A DNA stretch of 64,000 bases from Lachnospiraceae bacterium (GTDB lineage: Bacteria; Bacillota; Clostridia; Lachnospirales; Lachnospiraceae). The position numbers and the translations under genes were made by a program. The notes beneath the pieces were generated by a model, which searched no databases, was not told where the DNA came from, and saw nothing but the letters and a program-made list of their open reading frames with translations. The stretch covers positions 267 through 64,266 of the forward strand of contig JAILPR010000229.1 in the NCBI GenBank assembly GCA_024699355.1, read 5' to 3'. Shown here piece after piece: positions 41,137-49,420 of this stretch; within the stretch, counting starts at the first letter, position 1, and every line of letters starts with the position of its first letter.

Positions 41137-41838
41137 ATGAAGATCGGAATTATCGGAGCAATGGAAATTGAAGTATCGACATTAAAGGAAAAGATGTCGA
41201 TCAAAAAGACGGTGACCAAGGCAGGCATGGATTTCTGCGAAGGAACCCTGTGCGGTGCGGATGTGGTCGTCGTGATGTGCGGCGTCGGAAAAGTCAGCGC
41301 AGCGATGTGCGTGCAGATCCTGGCGGATCTGTTTGAGGTAACGCATGTGATCAACACAGGTGTTGCAGGCTCTTTGAATGCCAAACTCGATATCGGAGAT
41401 ATTCTGGTATCCGTTGATGCAATCCAGCATGACATGGATGTGACAGCACTCGGTTATACGCCGGGACAGATCCCGGGAATCCCGGTACTGTCGTTTGCCG
41501 CAGATGAGGCAATGCGCAAAGTAGCGGTGGAGCAGTGCAAGAGAGTCAATCCGGACATTGCGGTTGTGGAAGGCCGTGTCGTCAGTGGTGATGCGTTTAT
41601 TTCCGGGGCAGAGAAAAAAGATCAGCTGATCAGTGTATTTCAGGGAGACTGCGCCGAGATGGAAGGTGCATCCATTGCGCAGGCAGCCTATTTAAATCAC
41701 CTGCCGTATCTGGTACTTCGTGCGATCTCGGATAAAGCGGATGATTCCGCTCACGAAGATTACCCGTCATTTGAAAAGAAGGCGGCAGAGCATTGTGCGA
41801 AACTTGTAATGGCATTTGCGGAGAATTTTCACGCATAA
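41137..41838 (+). CDS. mtnN: 5'-methylthioadenosine/S-adenosylhomocysteine nucleosidase
   Basis: MKIGIIGAMEIEV N-terminus; EMEGASIAQ and RAISDKADD motifs. The second ATG (41137) has better spacing from AAGGAAG than 41131. Confidence 0.9.
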   Translation: MKIGIIGAMEIEVSTLKEKMSIKKTVTKAGMDFCEGTLCGADVVVVMCGVGKVSAAMCVQILADLFEVTHVINTGVAGSLNAKLDIGDILVSVDAIQHDMDVTALGYTPGQIPGIPVLSFAADEAMRKVAVEQCKRVNPDIAVVEGRVVSGDAFISGAEKKDQLISVFQGDCAEMEGASIAQAAYLNHLPYLVLRAISDKADDSAHEDYPSFEKKAAEHCAKLVMAFAENFHA

Positions 41839-41859
41839 AAGCCTTAGAAAGGACGACGT

Positions 41860-42720
41860 ATGAGAAACGAAGACAGCGCGCTCGTATTGCAGGGCGGATC
41901 CCTTAGAAGTCTCTTTACGGCAGGCGTTTTAGACGTGCTGATCGAGAACGGAATTGAATTTCCCTATGTGAACGGGGTATCTGCCGGCTCCCTTTGTGCG
42001 ATGAACTATATCAGTAAGCAGGTAGGCAGGACCAAGAATGTGAACGTGCGTTACCTCCATGATAAAGACTATATCGGGATCAGCAATATGTTACGCGGAA
42101 AAGGTCTGTTTAACTTTGATTACCTCTTCCATTATATTTCCAAAGACGACCCGTTTGACTGGGAAACTTTTGAACAAAGCAATACGCGCTACGTAGCGGT
42201 AGCAACGAATATCCAAACCTGTCAGGCAGAATATCTGGAAAAGAAAGGACATCGGGAGATCGAACTTTCGGCATCTGCCTCGAGCTCGTTGCCACTGGTG
42301 AATCCGCCGGTAAAACTGGACGGGAAGGAATATCTGGACGGTGGGTTGAGCGATCCGGTTGCCTACGAAGAAGCGCTGCGTCAGGGATATCATAAAAGAG
42401 TGGTGATCCTGACCAGAGAACGTGGGTATCGGAAAAAACGTCCGTCAAAGCAATTGATGAAGCTGTATTGTGCAAAGTATGGCAATCATCCGCAATTGCT
42501 GCAAACACTGATCTATATGTGGGAAGACTATAACCGCATGATGGATGATCTGGAAGAGCGCGAAGGAAAGGGCGAATTATTCGTGATCCGTCCGGTCGCG
42601 CCGGTAGATGTGAAGCGCGTGGAGCGTGATCCGAAAAAATTACAGGCACTTTATCGGGAAGGCCGCCTGATCGCAGAACAGCAGATCCCGGATGTTAAGA
42701 CCTATCTGGAATTGTATTAA
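41860..42720 (+). CDS. Patatin-like phospholipase family protein
   Basis: Oxyanion GGSLRS and nucleophile elbow GVSAGS (GxSxG); a later DGG Asp motif (YLDGGL). Confidence 0.85.
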   Translation: MRNEDSALVLQGGSLRSLFTAGVLDVLIENGIEFPYVNGVSAGSLCAMNYISKQVGRTKNVNVRYLHDKDYIGISNMLRGKGLFNFDYLFHYISKDDPFDWETFEQSNTRYVAVATNIQTCQAEYLEKKGHREIELSASASSSLPLVNPPVKLDGKEYLDGGLSDPVAYEEALRQGYHKRVVILTRERGYRKKRPSKQLMKLYCAKYGNHPQLLQTLIYMWEDYNRMMDDLEEREGKGELFVIRPVAPVDVKRVERDPKKLQALYREGRLIAEQQIPDVKTYLELY

Positions 42721-42795
42721 ACAGGTAAGCTACAGTATTACATAACCATACAGAACGATATCACGATGTGTATGGCAGCAGGCATTGCAGAAAAG

Positions 42796-42830
42796 AAGAC
42801 GCATGGGCTATTGGCCCATGCGTCTTTGAT
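42796..42830. terminator. Bidirectional rho-independent terminator between the patatin gene (+) and the rubrerythrin gene (-)
   Basis: AAGACGCATGGGC-tattg-GCCCATGCGTCTT (13-bp perfect stem), with an A-run upstream and a T-rich tract downstream. Confidence 0.8.
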
Positions 42831-42872
42831 CGTTTTATTCAGCTTGTTGTTACAGGAGTGTAACGCAGCGAT

Positions 42873-43412
42873 TTATTTGAAATATCTGTTCAGCAGACCT
42901 TCAAATGCCTTACCGTGGCGAGCTTCATCTCTTGCCATCTCGTGAACGGTATCATGGATTGCATCCAGATCAAGTGCTTTGGCTCTCTTGGCAAGATCAA
43001 CCTTACCTGCGGTTGCACCGTTCTCAGCGTCAACTCTCATCTGCAGATTCTTCTTTGTGGAATCTGTTAATACTTCGCCCAGCAGTTCTGCGAACCTGGA
43101 AGCATGATCAGCTTCTTCCAGAGCAGCTCTGTGATAATAATCACCGATTTCCGGATAGCCTTCACGGAATGCCTGACGGCTCATTGCCAGATACATACCG
43201 ACTTCTGAGCACTCACCTTCAAAGTTGGAACGAAGATCAGCGATGATATCTTCCGGTGCGCCCTTTGCAACACCAACAACGTGTTCAGCAGCCCAGGTCA
43301 TTTCACCTTCCTGCTTTTTAAATTTCTCAGCCGGAGCATGGCATACCGGGCACTCAGCCGGCGGATTGTCTCCATCATAAACATAACCACATACAGAACA
43401 TACAAATTTCAT
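42873..43412 (-). CDS. rbr: Reverse rubrerythrin (N-terminal rubredoxin-like Cys4 domain, C-terminal diiron ferritin-like domain)
   Basis: [10 protein letters not shown]...CPVCHA at the N-terminus, followed by ExxH-containing four-helix region ([33 protein letters not shown]). Confidence 0.88.
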   Translation of the reverse strand: MKFVCSVCGYVYDGDNPPAECPVCHAPAEKFKKQEGEMTWAAEHVVGVAKGAPEDIIADLRSNFEGECSEVGMYLAMSRQAFREGYPEIGDYYHRAALEEADHASRFAELLGEVLTDSTKKNLQMRVDAENGATAGKVDLAKRAKALDLDAIHDTVHEMARDEARHGKAFEGLLNRYFK

Positions 43413-43493
43413 CTTTCTACTCTCCTTTTTACTTTATGAAGATCCTTCCTAAGATCCTCTGTTTTGATCCGCATGCGCGGACAGTAACCGAAA

Positions 43494-43506
43494 TCAAATG
43501 ATTACA
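43494..43506. promoter_or_regulatory. Possible second Fur-family (PerR-type) box upstream of rbr
   Basis: Minus strand TGTAATCATTTGA, an imperfect 6-1-6. It shares the 9-nt core GTAATCATT with the box at 43957-43969. It lies 82-94 nt upstream of the rbr start. Confidence 0.35.
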
Positions 43507-43522
43507 AACGTTACAGTTTGAT

Positions 43523-43918
43523 CTACACCGATTGCTTCAGAGCTTTGCAGGCACTGCAGACGCCTTCGAAATAAAGTGTTTGCGTTTCCACTTCGCCGTC
43601 AAAATCGATGAGTTGATCTTTGAGATCAAAAGGCAGTGCCTTTATGCGTACATCCGAAACACAACCGCAGATCCGGCAATGAAAATGATGATGCATACTG
43701 ACGTCCGCATCGAAGTGATCGACGCCATCACCGACATTGATTTTTTGAATCTCACCCAGGTCAACCAAAAGCTGCAGGTTACGGTAGACGGTTCCGAGAC
43801 TGATGTTTGGGATCACTTCCCGTACACCGGCATAAATGGTATCTGCAGTCGGGTGATCTTTCCGTCCGGTCAAAAATGACTGTATGACCTCGCGTTGCTT
43901 ACTGTGCTTGTATGACAT
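43523..43918 (-). CDS. perR: Fur-family peroxide-responsive repressor (PerR-like)
   Basis: 131 aa; winged-helix N-terminus; metal ligands HHHFHCRICG and CSAC (two CxxC pairs); directly upstream of rubrerythrin. Confidence 0.82.
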   Translation of the reverse strand: MSYKHSKQREVIQSFLTGRKDHPTADTIYAGVREVIPNISLGTVYRNLQLLVDLGEIQKINVGDGVDHFDADVSMHHHFHCRICGCVSDVRIKALPFDLKDQLIDFDGEVETQTLYFEGVCSACKALKQSV

Positions 43919-43956
43919 TTTGCAAAAGACCTCTCTAAAAAACTGTTAATAAAAGT

Positions 43957-43969
43957 AGTAATCATTACT
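43957..43969. promoter_or_regulatory. Perfect 6-1-6 inverted repeat, candidate PerR/Fur-type operator upstream of perR
   Basis: AGTAAT-C-ATTACT, 39-51 nt upstream of the perR start. It resembles the 7-1-7 Fur-family box TTATAATnATTATAA. Confidence 0.5.
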
Positions 43970-44117
43970 GGTTTATCTACATCATACTCACGGAAGGATA
44001 AATTGTCAACAGGAAAATGACGTTTAGTTTATTTTTATATTTATTTAAAAAGTAATTTATAAATTCATAAAAGCGACATGATATACTTGGTAAGTGACGG
44101 TATTTATGGGGTAACAT

Positions 44118-45269
44118 ATGAAACTGAAAACGAGACTTGTCATCACCTTCCTGGTTATCGTTATTGTGCCGATGCTATTAATTTTTTTCGCATTTTGGGG
44201 AATCGGCGCAGTTATTTTTCGATGCAAACTGGAAGTGGATGGAGAACTGAATACGGGATTTTTTGAGCAGATCCAGGGTTATGTACCGCAGCATTTTGCG
44301 TCCATGCTCTTTATCGCACTTTTTGCGATCCTGGTGCTGACCGCGGCGCTGTTGACTCTTTGGATCTATCGAAGTGTTTTTAATCCGATCCATGCACTCA
44401 ATGTTGCAATGCAGAATATCACGGATGGGAATCTGGAATATCAGGTGCCGAAAGAGCACTTTAATCAGAAGGGCGAACTTGGGGAGCTCTACGTCAATTA
44501 TGAAGCGATGCGCAATCGCTTAAAAACCTCGGCGGAAGAAAAGCTCCGTCAGGAGACGCAAAACCGTGAACTGATCACCAACATTTCTCATGATCTTAAG
44601 ACACCGGTAACGGCAGTCAAAGGATATGTGGAAGGGATCATGGATGGTGTTGCGGATACGCCGGAAAAGATGGATAAATACATCAAGACCATCTATAACA
44701 AGGCAAATGACTTAGACCGCCTGATCAATGAACTGACCGTGTATTCCGGGATCGATGCGAATCGCATCCCGTATAATTTCCATAAATTAAATGTGGCAGC
44801 TTACTTTGGAGATTGTGTGGAAGAACTCGGACTGGAACTGGAATCCAAGAGTATTACCTTAACCTATCAGAACGGGGTTTCTCCGGAGACGATGATCATC
44901 GCAGATCCGGAGCAGATGCGCCGCGTGATCAACAATATCATCGGCAACAGTGTTAAATATATTGATAAGACTCCCGGGAATATTGATTTCAGGATCCTGG
45001 ATGAGAGTGATTCCATCCGGATCGAGATCGAAGATAACGGTGCCGGTATTGCGGCAAAAGATCTGCCGAAGATCTTTGAACGTTTTTACCGGACGGATGC
45101 AAGCCGCAATTCGACCAAAGGTGGCAGCGGAATCGGCTTATCGATTGTGAAGAAACTGGTAGAAGATCATGGGGGGTATATTTGGGCGACGAGCAAAGAA
45201 GGTGAAGGAACCTGCATGCATATTGTGTTGCGCAAATACCATGAGCAGAAGCCGGGACAATCTGTGTAA
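44118..45269 (+). CDS. Sensor histidine kinase (two TM helices with short external loop, HAMP, HisKA, HATPase_c)
   Basis: H-box ISHDLKTPVT, N-box NNIIGNSVKY, G-boxes EDNGAGI and GGSGIGLSI. Confidence 0.9.
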   Translation: MKLKTRLVITFLVIVIVPMLLIFFAFWGIGAVIFRCKLEVDGELNTGFFEQIQGYVPQHFASMLFIALFAILVLTAALLTLWIYRSVFNPIHALNVAMQNITDGNLEYQVPKEHFNQKGELGELYVNYEAMRNRLKTSAEEKLRQETQNRELITNISHDLKTPVTAVKGYVEGIMDGVADTPEKMDKYIKTIYNKANDLDRLINELTVYSGIDANRIPYNFHKLNVAAYFGDCVEELGLELESKSITLTYQNGVSPETMIIADPEQMRRVINNIIGNSVKYIDKTPGNIDFRILDESDSIRIEIEDNGAGIAAKDLPKIFERFYRTDASRNSTKGGSGIGLSIVKKLVEDHGGYIWATSKEGEGTCMHIVLRKYHEQKPGQSV

Positions 45270-45295
45270 AAATTTTTCGATTTATTTGAAAAATT

Positions 45296-45325
45296 CTGAC
45301 AAAAACGACAAAACTATGGTAAGAT
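45296..45325 (+). promoter_or_regulatory. Candidate internal promoter for the response-regulator gene
   Basis: CTGACA (45296-45301), 18-nt spacer, TGg-TAAGAT (extended -10; hexamer at 45320-45325). Confidence 0.4.
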
Positions 45326-45368
45326 ATCCTTAACCGTAGTGGGTTTTTGGAAACGGCGTGGAGGGAGT

Positions 45369-46058
45369 ATGAGCAGAATACTGATTATTGAAGATGAGGA
45401 GGCAATTGCCGACTTAGAGCGCGACTATTTGGAGTTGAGCGATTTTGAAGTAAAGATCGAAAATACCGGCGACAAAGGCCTTCAGACTGCGCTGGCGGAA
45501 GACTTCGATCTGATCATCCTGGATTTGATGCTTCCGGGAATGGATGGTTTTGAGGTATGCAAGCGCATCCGTGAGACCAAAAATCTTCCGATCCTGATGG
45601 TATCCGCGAAAAAGGATGATATTGATAAGATCAGAGGCCTCGGTCTTGGCGCGGATGATTACATGACCAAGCCGTTTAGTCCGAGTGAGCTGGTGGCACG
45701 TGTGAAAGCACATATGGCCAGATATGATCGCCTTGTAGGATCTGCACAGAAGAATAACGATATGGTAGAGATCCGCGGGATCAAGATCGATAAGACCGCC
45801 AGACGTGTCTGGATCAATGGAGAAGAGCGTAACTTTACTACCAAGGAATTCGATTTGTTGACTTTCCTGGCGGAGAATCCGAATCACGTATTTACAAAAG
45901 AAGAACTGTTCCGTGAGATTTGGGACATGGATTCGATCGGCGATATTGCAACGGTAACCGTACATATCAAGAAGATCCGTGAAAAGATCGAATTTGACAC
46001 CTCCAATCCGCAGTATATCGAGACGATCTGGGGTGTCGGTTATCGCTTTAAGGTATAA
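45369..46058 (+). CDS. OmpR-family DNA-binding response regulator
   Basis: Receiver LIIEDEE...DLIILDLMLPGMDG and winged-helix C-terminus YIETIWGVGYRFK. Start at ATG 45369 (GGAGGGAG upstream). Confidence 0.92.
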   Translation: MSRILIIEDEEAIADLERDYLELSDFEVKIENTGDKGLQTALAEDFDLIILDLMLPGMDGFEVCKRIRETKNLPILMVSAKKDDIDKIRGLGLGADDYMTKPFSPSELVARVKAHMARYDRLVGSAQKNNDMVEIRGIKIDKTARRVWINGEERNFTTKEFDLLTFLAENPNHVFTKEELFREIWDMDSIGDIATVTVHIKKIREKIEFDTSNPQYIETIWGVGYRFKV

Positions 46059-46202
46059 GAGAGCGACCGAAATAACGTAAGTGGCATGATCAGGAAAAGA
46101 GAAACCCGCTTGCATAATGATGAGAAAGACAAATAAAGACTTTATCCGGTGATGCACTGACATGACATAGGGTAAAGTCTTTTCTTATGACAGGATCACA
46201 AT

Positions 46203-46883
46203 ATGGACATTTTACGGGAAGATCACGACATCATCGTCGTCTATAAAGAGGCGGGGCTGGCAACACAGAGTGGAAGGATCGGCCAAAAGGACCTGGTGAG
46301 CGAGGTGAAAAAACACCTTGCGGGAGCAGGCAAAGCGCCGTATCTCGGGATCATTCACCGGCTGGATCAGCCGGTCGAAGGATTGCTTGTATTTGCCAAA
46401 ACAAAAGAGGCAGCCGCAGATCTGACCGCGCAGTTACAAAACGAGGGGCTGGGAAAGTTCTATTATGCGGTCACCTGCAAGCGTGGCGCGCAGGAAGAAG
46501 GAGACCTGGAGGATCATCTGCAAAAAGATCCGGCAACCGGTCTGCAAACCGTCTGCCGGCAGGGGGCGACTTCGCAGCGTGCAGCGCTGCACTACCGGCT
46601 GATCGCAGAGGAGGACGGACTGTTTTTATATCAGATCAAACTTGAAACAGGGCGGTTTCATCAGATCCGTGTACAAATGGCACACGCCGGGATGTCGCTC
46701 ATCGGAGATCAAAAATACGGCGGAGAGCGCGCAGTGCAGATCGCACGTCAAAAGGGGATTCGGACGGTTGCGCTCTGTGCGTATGCACTTTCGTTTCGGC
46801 ATCCAAAAAGCGGAGCGCCGGTCACTGTTGAGATCCGGCCGAAGGGGGCAGCATTTGAGGCGTTTGCAAGGAGGATGAAATGA
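46203..46883 (+). CDS. RluA-family pseudouridine synthase (no S4 domain)
   Basis: Catalytic HRLDQPVEGLLVFAKT and GRFHQIRVQMA motifs. Confidence 0.88.
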   Translation: MDILREDHDIIVVYKEAGLATQSGRIGQKDLVSEVKKHLAGAGKAPYLGIIHRLDQPVEGLLVFAKTKEAAADLTAQLQNEGLGKFYYAVTCKRGAQEEGDLEDHLQKDPATGLQTVCRQGATSQRAALHYRLIAEEDGLFLYQIKLETGRFHQIRVQMAHAGMSLIGDQKYGGERAVQIARQKGIRTVALCAYALSFRHPKSGAPVTVEIRPKGAAFEAFARRMK

Positions 46884-48508
46884 AGCATACCTCTCGGAGA
46901 ACTGAACATTATCAGCAAAACATCATCACGGCGGAGGAAGTGTTGAAGATCGCGATCGGGATGGGGGTCAGTCTGTTGTTGCTGGTCCTGATCATTGGCT
47001 ATCCGCTGTATTTTCAGGATGGCTATACGAGGATCGCGACGGTGAAGTTTACCTTTTTGAAGATTTCGCTGGCGGTAGGAGATGCGCTGCTTGGGGGAGC
47101 GGCGATCATCTATGCGGTGAGCGTAAGGATCCGCACCGGAAGTGAGTGGCGGGAGCTTTCATCGACGGACGGCTTTTTGCTGTTCTATCTGGCGATCAAT
47201 CTGATTTCCATCTGGAGAAGCGACCTTTGGAGCGAGGGCTTTTGGGGAAGCGAAGGGTGGTATGTCGGCTTTGGTATGCAGTTGTTGTTGATCATCCTGT
47301 ATTTTCTGATCTCCCGGTTCCTGGATGAGGACCTGAAGATCCATGAGATCATTACGGTGGTAGCAACGATCGTCTTTTTCTGGGGGCTGCTCAACCGCTT
47401 TTCGATCCGACCGATCCCGATGAAATTCAGTAGTCCGGAATTTATCTCGAGCATGGGAAACATCAACTGGCTCGCCGGATACTATGCGGTAGTGTTCCCG
47501 ATCATTTTGGGGATGTATCTGCACAGTCAAACGAGGCGCAGCCGTATCCTTTCCGGGATCGCAAGTACGATCACGCTGGCATTTGGCCTGGTGGAAGGGA
47601 GCGATTCCTGTTATGTGGCGATGTGCGCGGTATTGCTGTTTTTCCTTTGGATGGATCGCAAAGAGGAAGAGATCTTGCTGCGGTGGATGGAACTGATCCT
47701 GATGCTGTGTGCATCCGCACAGGTCATGCGGCTGATTGACTTGATGTTTCCGGAAGCATTGAACATGAAGAGCGCTGTAACAGAGCTTTTGCTTGGAAAT
47801 CTGACGCTGGCAGCGGGGCTCCCGGTGCTGATTGTGTGGATTTTGTGGAATGGTGCAAAGCAACCGGTACAGGGGATGAGGAAAACATCGAAACCGGCGA
47901 AACAGGTGTGGAAAACCCCACAGATTTCCGAAAAGAAACGTGGACAGATCGCGGATATCACGGCAAAGGGGTTGTGCCTGCTTGCAGGATGCGCGGTGGT
48001 CTGTTATGTGGCGCTGAGCGTGATCAATACGCTGCAGGGTGGCAGTCTGATCCCGGGAAGTCTGTTTTATTTTGACGGAAGCTGGGGGAGCGGACGCGGG
48101 AATGCATGGACGATCGCAGGATCGATGTTTCTGCTGATGAGCCCGCTGCAAAAACTGATCGGTGTCGGACCGGACTTATTTGCAGCGTTTCTGGAGCGGC
48201 AGGAGTCGCTGCAGGCGTTGAAGGAAGCAGCCTTTGGTCCGGCAAGACTGACGAATGCGCATAATGAATTTTTCACGCTCCTGATCACAACGGGAATTCT
48301 CGGGATGGGCGCGTGGATCGGTGCGCTGTACGGAAGTATCAGCCGGTGCTGCAAAAAAGCAAAAACAAACCCGGTGTGCGGCATTTATGCGGCCTGCATC
48401 ATCGGGTATGTATCGAATAATTTCTTTAGTTTTCAGCAGATCGAGAATCTGCCGTACCTATTCCTTTTGCTTGGGCTTGCGGAATACGAACTGCGAAAGA
48501 GATCCTAG
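46880..48508 (+). CDS. O-antigen ligase/polymerase-like (Wzy_C-type) polytopic membrane protein
   Basis: More than 10 hydrophobic segments. NAHNEFFTLLITTGILG resembles the conserved O-antigen-ligase loop/helix motif. ATGA start/stop overlap with the rluA-like gene. Confidence 0.7.
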   Translation: MKHTSRRTEHYQQNIITAEEVLKIAIGMGVSLLLLVLIIGYPLYFQDGYTRIATVKFTFLKISLAVGDALLGGAAIIYAVSVRIRTGSEWRELSSTDGFLLFYLAINLISIWRSDLWSEGFWGSEGWYVGFGMQLLLIILYFLISRFLDEDLKIHEIITVVATIVFFWGLLNRFSIRPIPMKFSSPEFISSMGNINWLAGYYAVVFPIILGMYLHSQTRRSRILSGIASTITLAFGLVEGSDSCYVAMCAVLLFFLWMDRKEEEILLRWMELILMLCASAQVMRLIDLMFPEALNMKSAVTELLLGNLTLAAGLPVLIVWILWNGAKQPVQGMRKTSKPAKQVWKTPQISEKKRGQIADITAKGLCLLAGCAVVCYVALSVINTLQGGSLIPGSLFYFDGSWGSGRGNAWTIAGSMFLLMSPLQKLIGVGPDLFAAFLERQESLQALKEAAFGPARLTNAHNEFFTLLITTGILGMGAWIGALYGSISRCCKKAKTNPVCGIYAACIIGYVSNNFFSFQQIENLPYLFLLLGLAEYELRKRS

Positions 48509-49284
48509 TTTTTTAAAAAGCGCTCAAGGTGCGCGCGGACCTGATCTAAGGCGGCGCGGGTCTCCGGGACTTTGGTCGGAAATTCGGTGAGCTGATAGAT
48601 ATAGCCCTGCTCATCAAGAAGCTGTCGGCTCTTTGGATAGACCAGCTCGAAAGAAAGCGAGCAATGGCCGATCAGGGAGTCGATAGCATTTTTCTTTAAC
48701 GCATGGAGCACGGCGTGCTCTTCTTCGAAGGCGGCAAGGACTTCCGGGGTGATGCGGGCATGGACCATTTCGTCCATGGTCACGTTATAGATTTCCGGCA
48801 TCGGTGTGTCGATATTGACGCGCAGGATATCGATCTTATCGGCATCGCGGATCAGATCGGCAAAGAGCTGCGTGCGCTCATCAAGGTGCTCCGGAAGACG
48901 ATATTTATTGTGCCATTCGATGCAGAAGGCGATCAGGCGATGGTCCGGATCGTTCGGGTCGGCTTGCGGGACAAAGCGGTCGATCAGGTGATCCTGATAT
49001 AATAACGAAACGCCGAACGAAGCATGGTCGATAGACTCCCGATCAATAAAGGTGTTGAACCGGCGAAGCTGCTCAAAGCGACCGATATCGTGCAGCATAC
49101 CGATCAGCCAGGCAAGGTCGATATCGTGCGGCGAAAGGGAGAGGCTCCCTGCAATCTGTTCACTTAAGTCGGCAACACGGCCGGTATGTTTGATCTTGAG
49201 ATCGATCTTCGGATCGGTTGCATCGTAAGACGCGGTATATTCATCAAATGCGCGTGTGACAAGGTCACGGTTGATACTGAGCAT
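48505..49284 (-). CDS. HD-domain metal-dependent phosphohydrolase
   Basis: IKHTGRVADL...GMLHDIGRFEQ (H...HD) and a later DADKIDIL motif. Confidence 0.8.
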   Translation of the reverse strand: MLSINRDLVTRAFDEYTASYDATDPKIDLKIKHTGRVADLSEQIAGSLSLSPHDIDLAWLIGMLHDIGRFEQLRRFNTFIDRESIDHASFGVSLLYQDHLIDRFVPQADPNDPDHRLIAFCIEWHNKYRLPEHLDERTQLFADLIRDADKIDILRVNIDTPMPEIYNVTMDEMVHARITPEVLAAFEEEHAVLHALKKNAIDSLIGHCSLSFELVYPKSRQLLDEQGYIYQLTEFPTKVPETRAALDQVRAHLERFLKN

Positions 49285-49345
49285 AACATCCTCCTGTACG
49301 TCATATCACGAATCGCCTCTCAGTATAGCACGAATCGAGGAAAAG

Positions 49346-49374
49346 TTGACAAAATGTGGCCTCACGACTAGAAT
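49346..49374 (+). promoter_or_regulatory. Sigma-A-type promoter of proS
   Basis: TTGACA (49346-49351), 17-nt spacer, TAGAAT (49369-49374), about 45 nt before the proS start. Confidence 0.6.
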
Positions 49375-49420
49375 CAGTTGGTAAACGACACAACATTCAA
49401 GAAACAGAATGGAGAACATC

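Noticed and set aside
34854-42720. Defence-system interpretation of SNF2 helicase, patatin lipase (CBASS-type effector) or the vWA protein
   Set aside because: No partner genes are adjacent (cyclase/CD-NTase, methyltransferase, DUF1998, nuclease, MoxR ATPase). The neighbours are housekeeping metabolic genes, and no mobile-element or island signatures are present.
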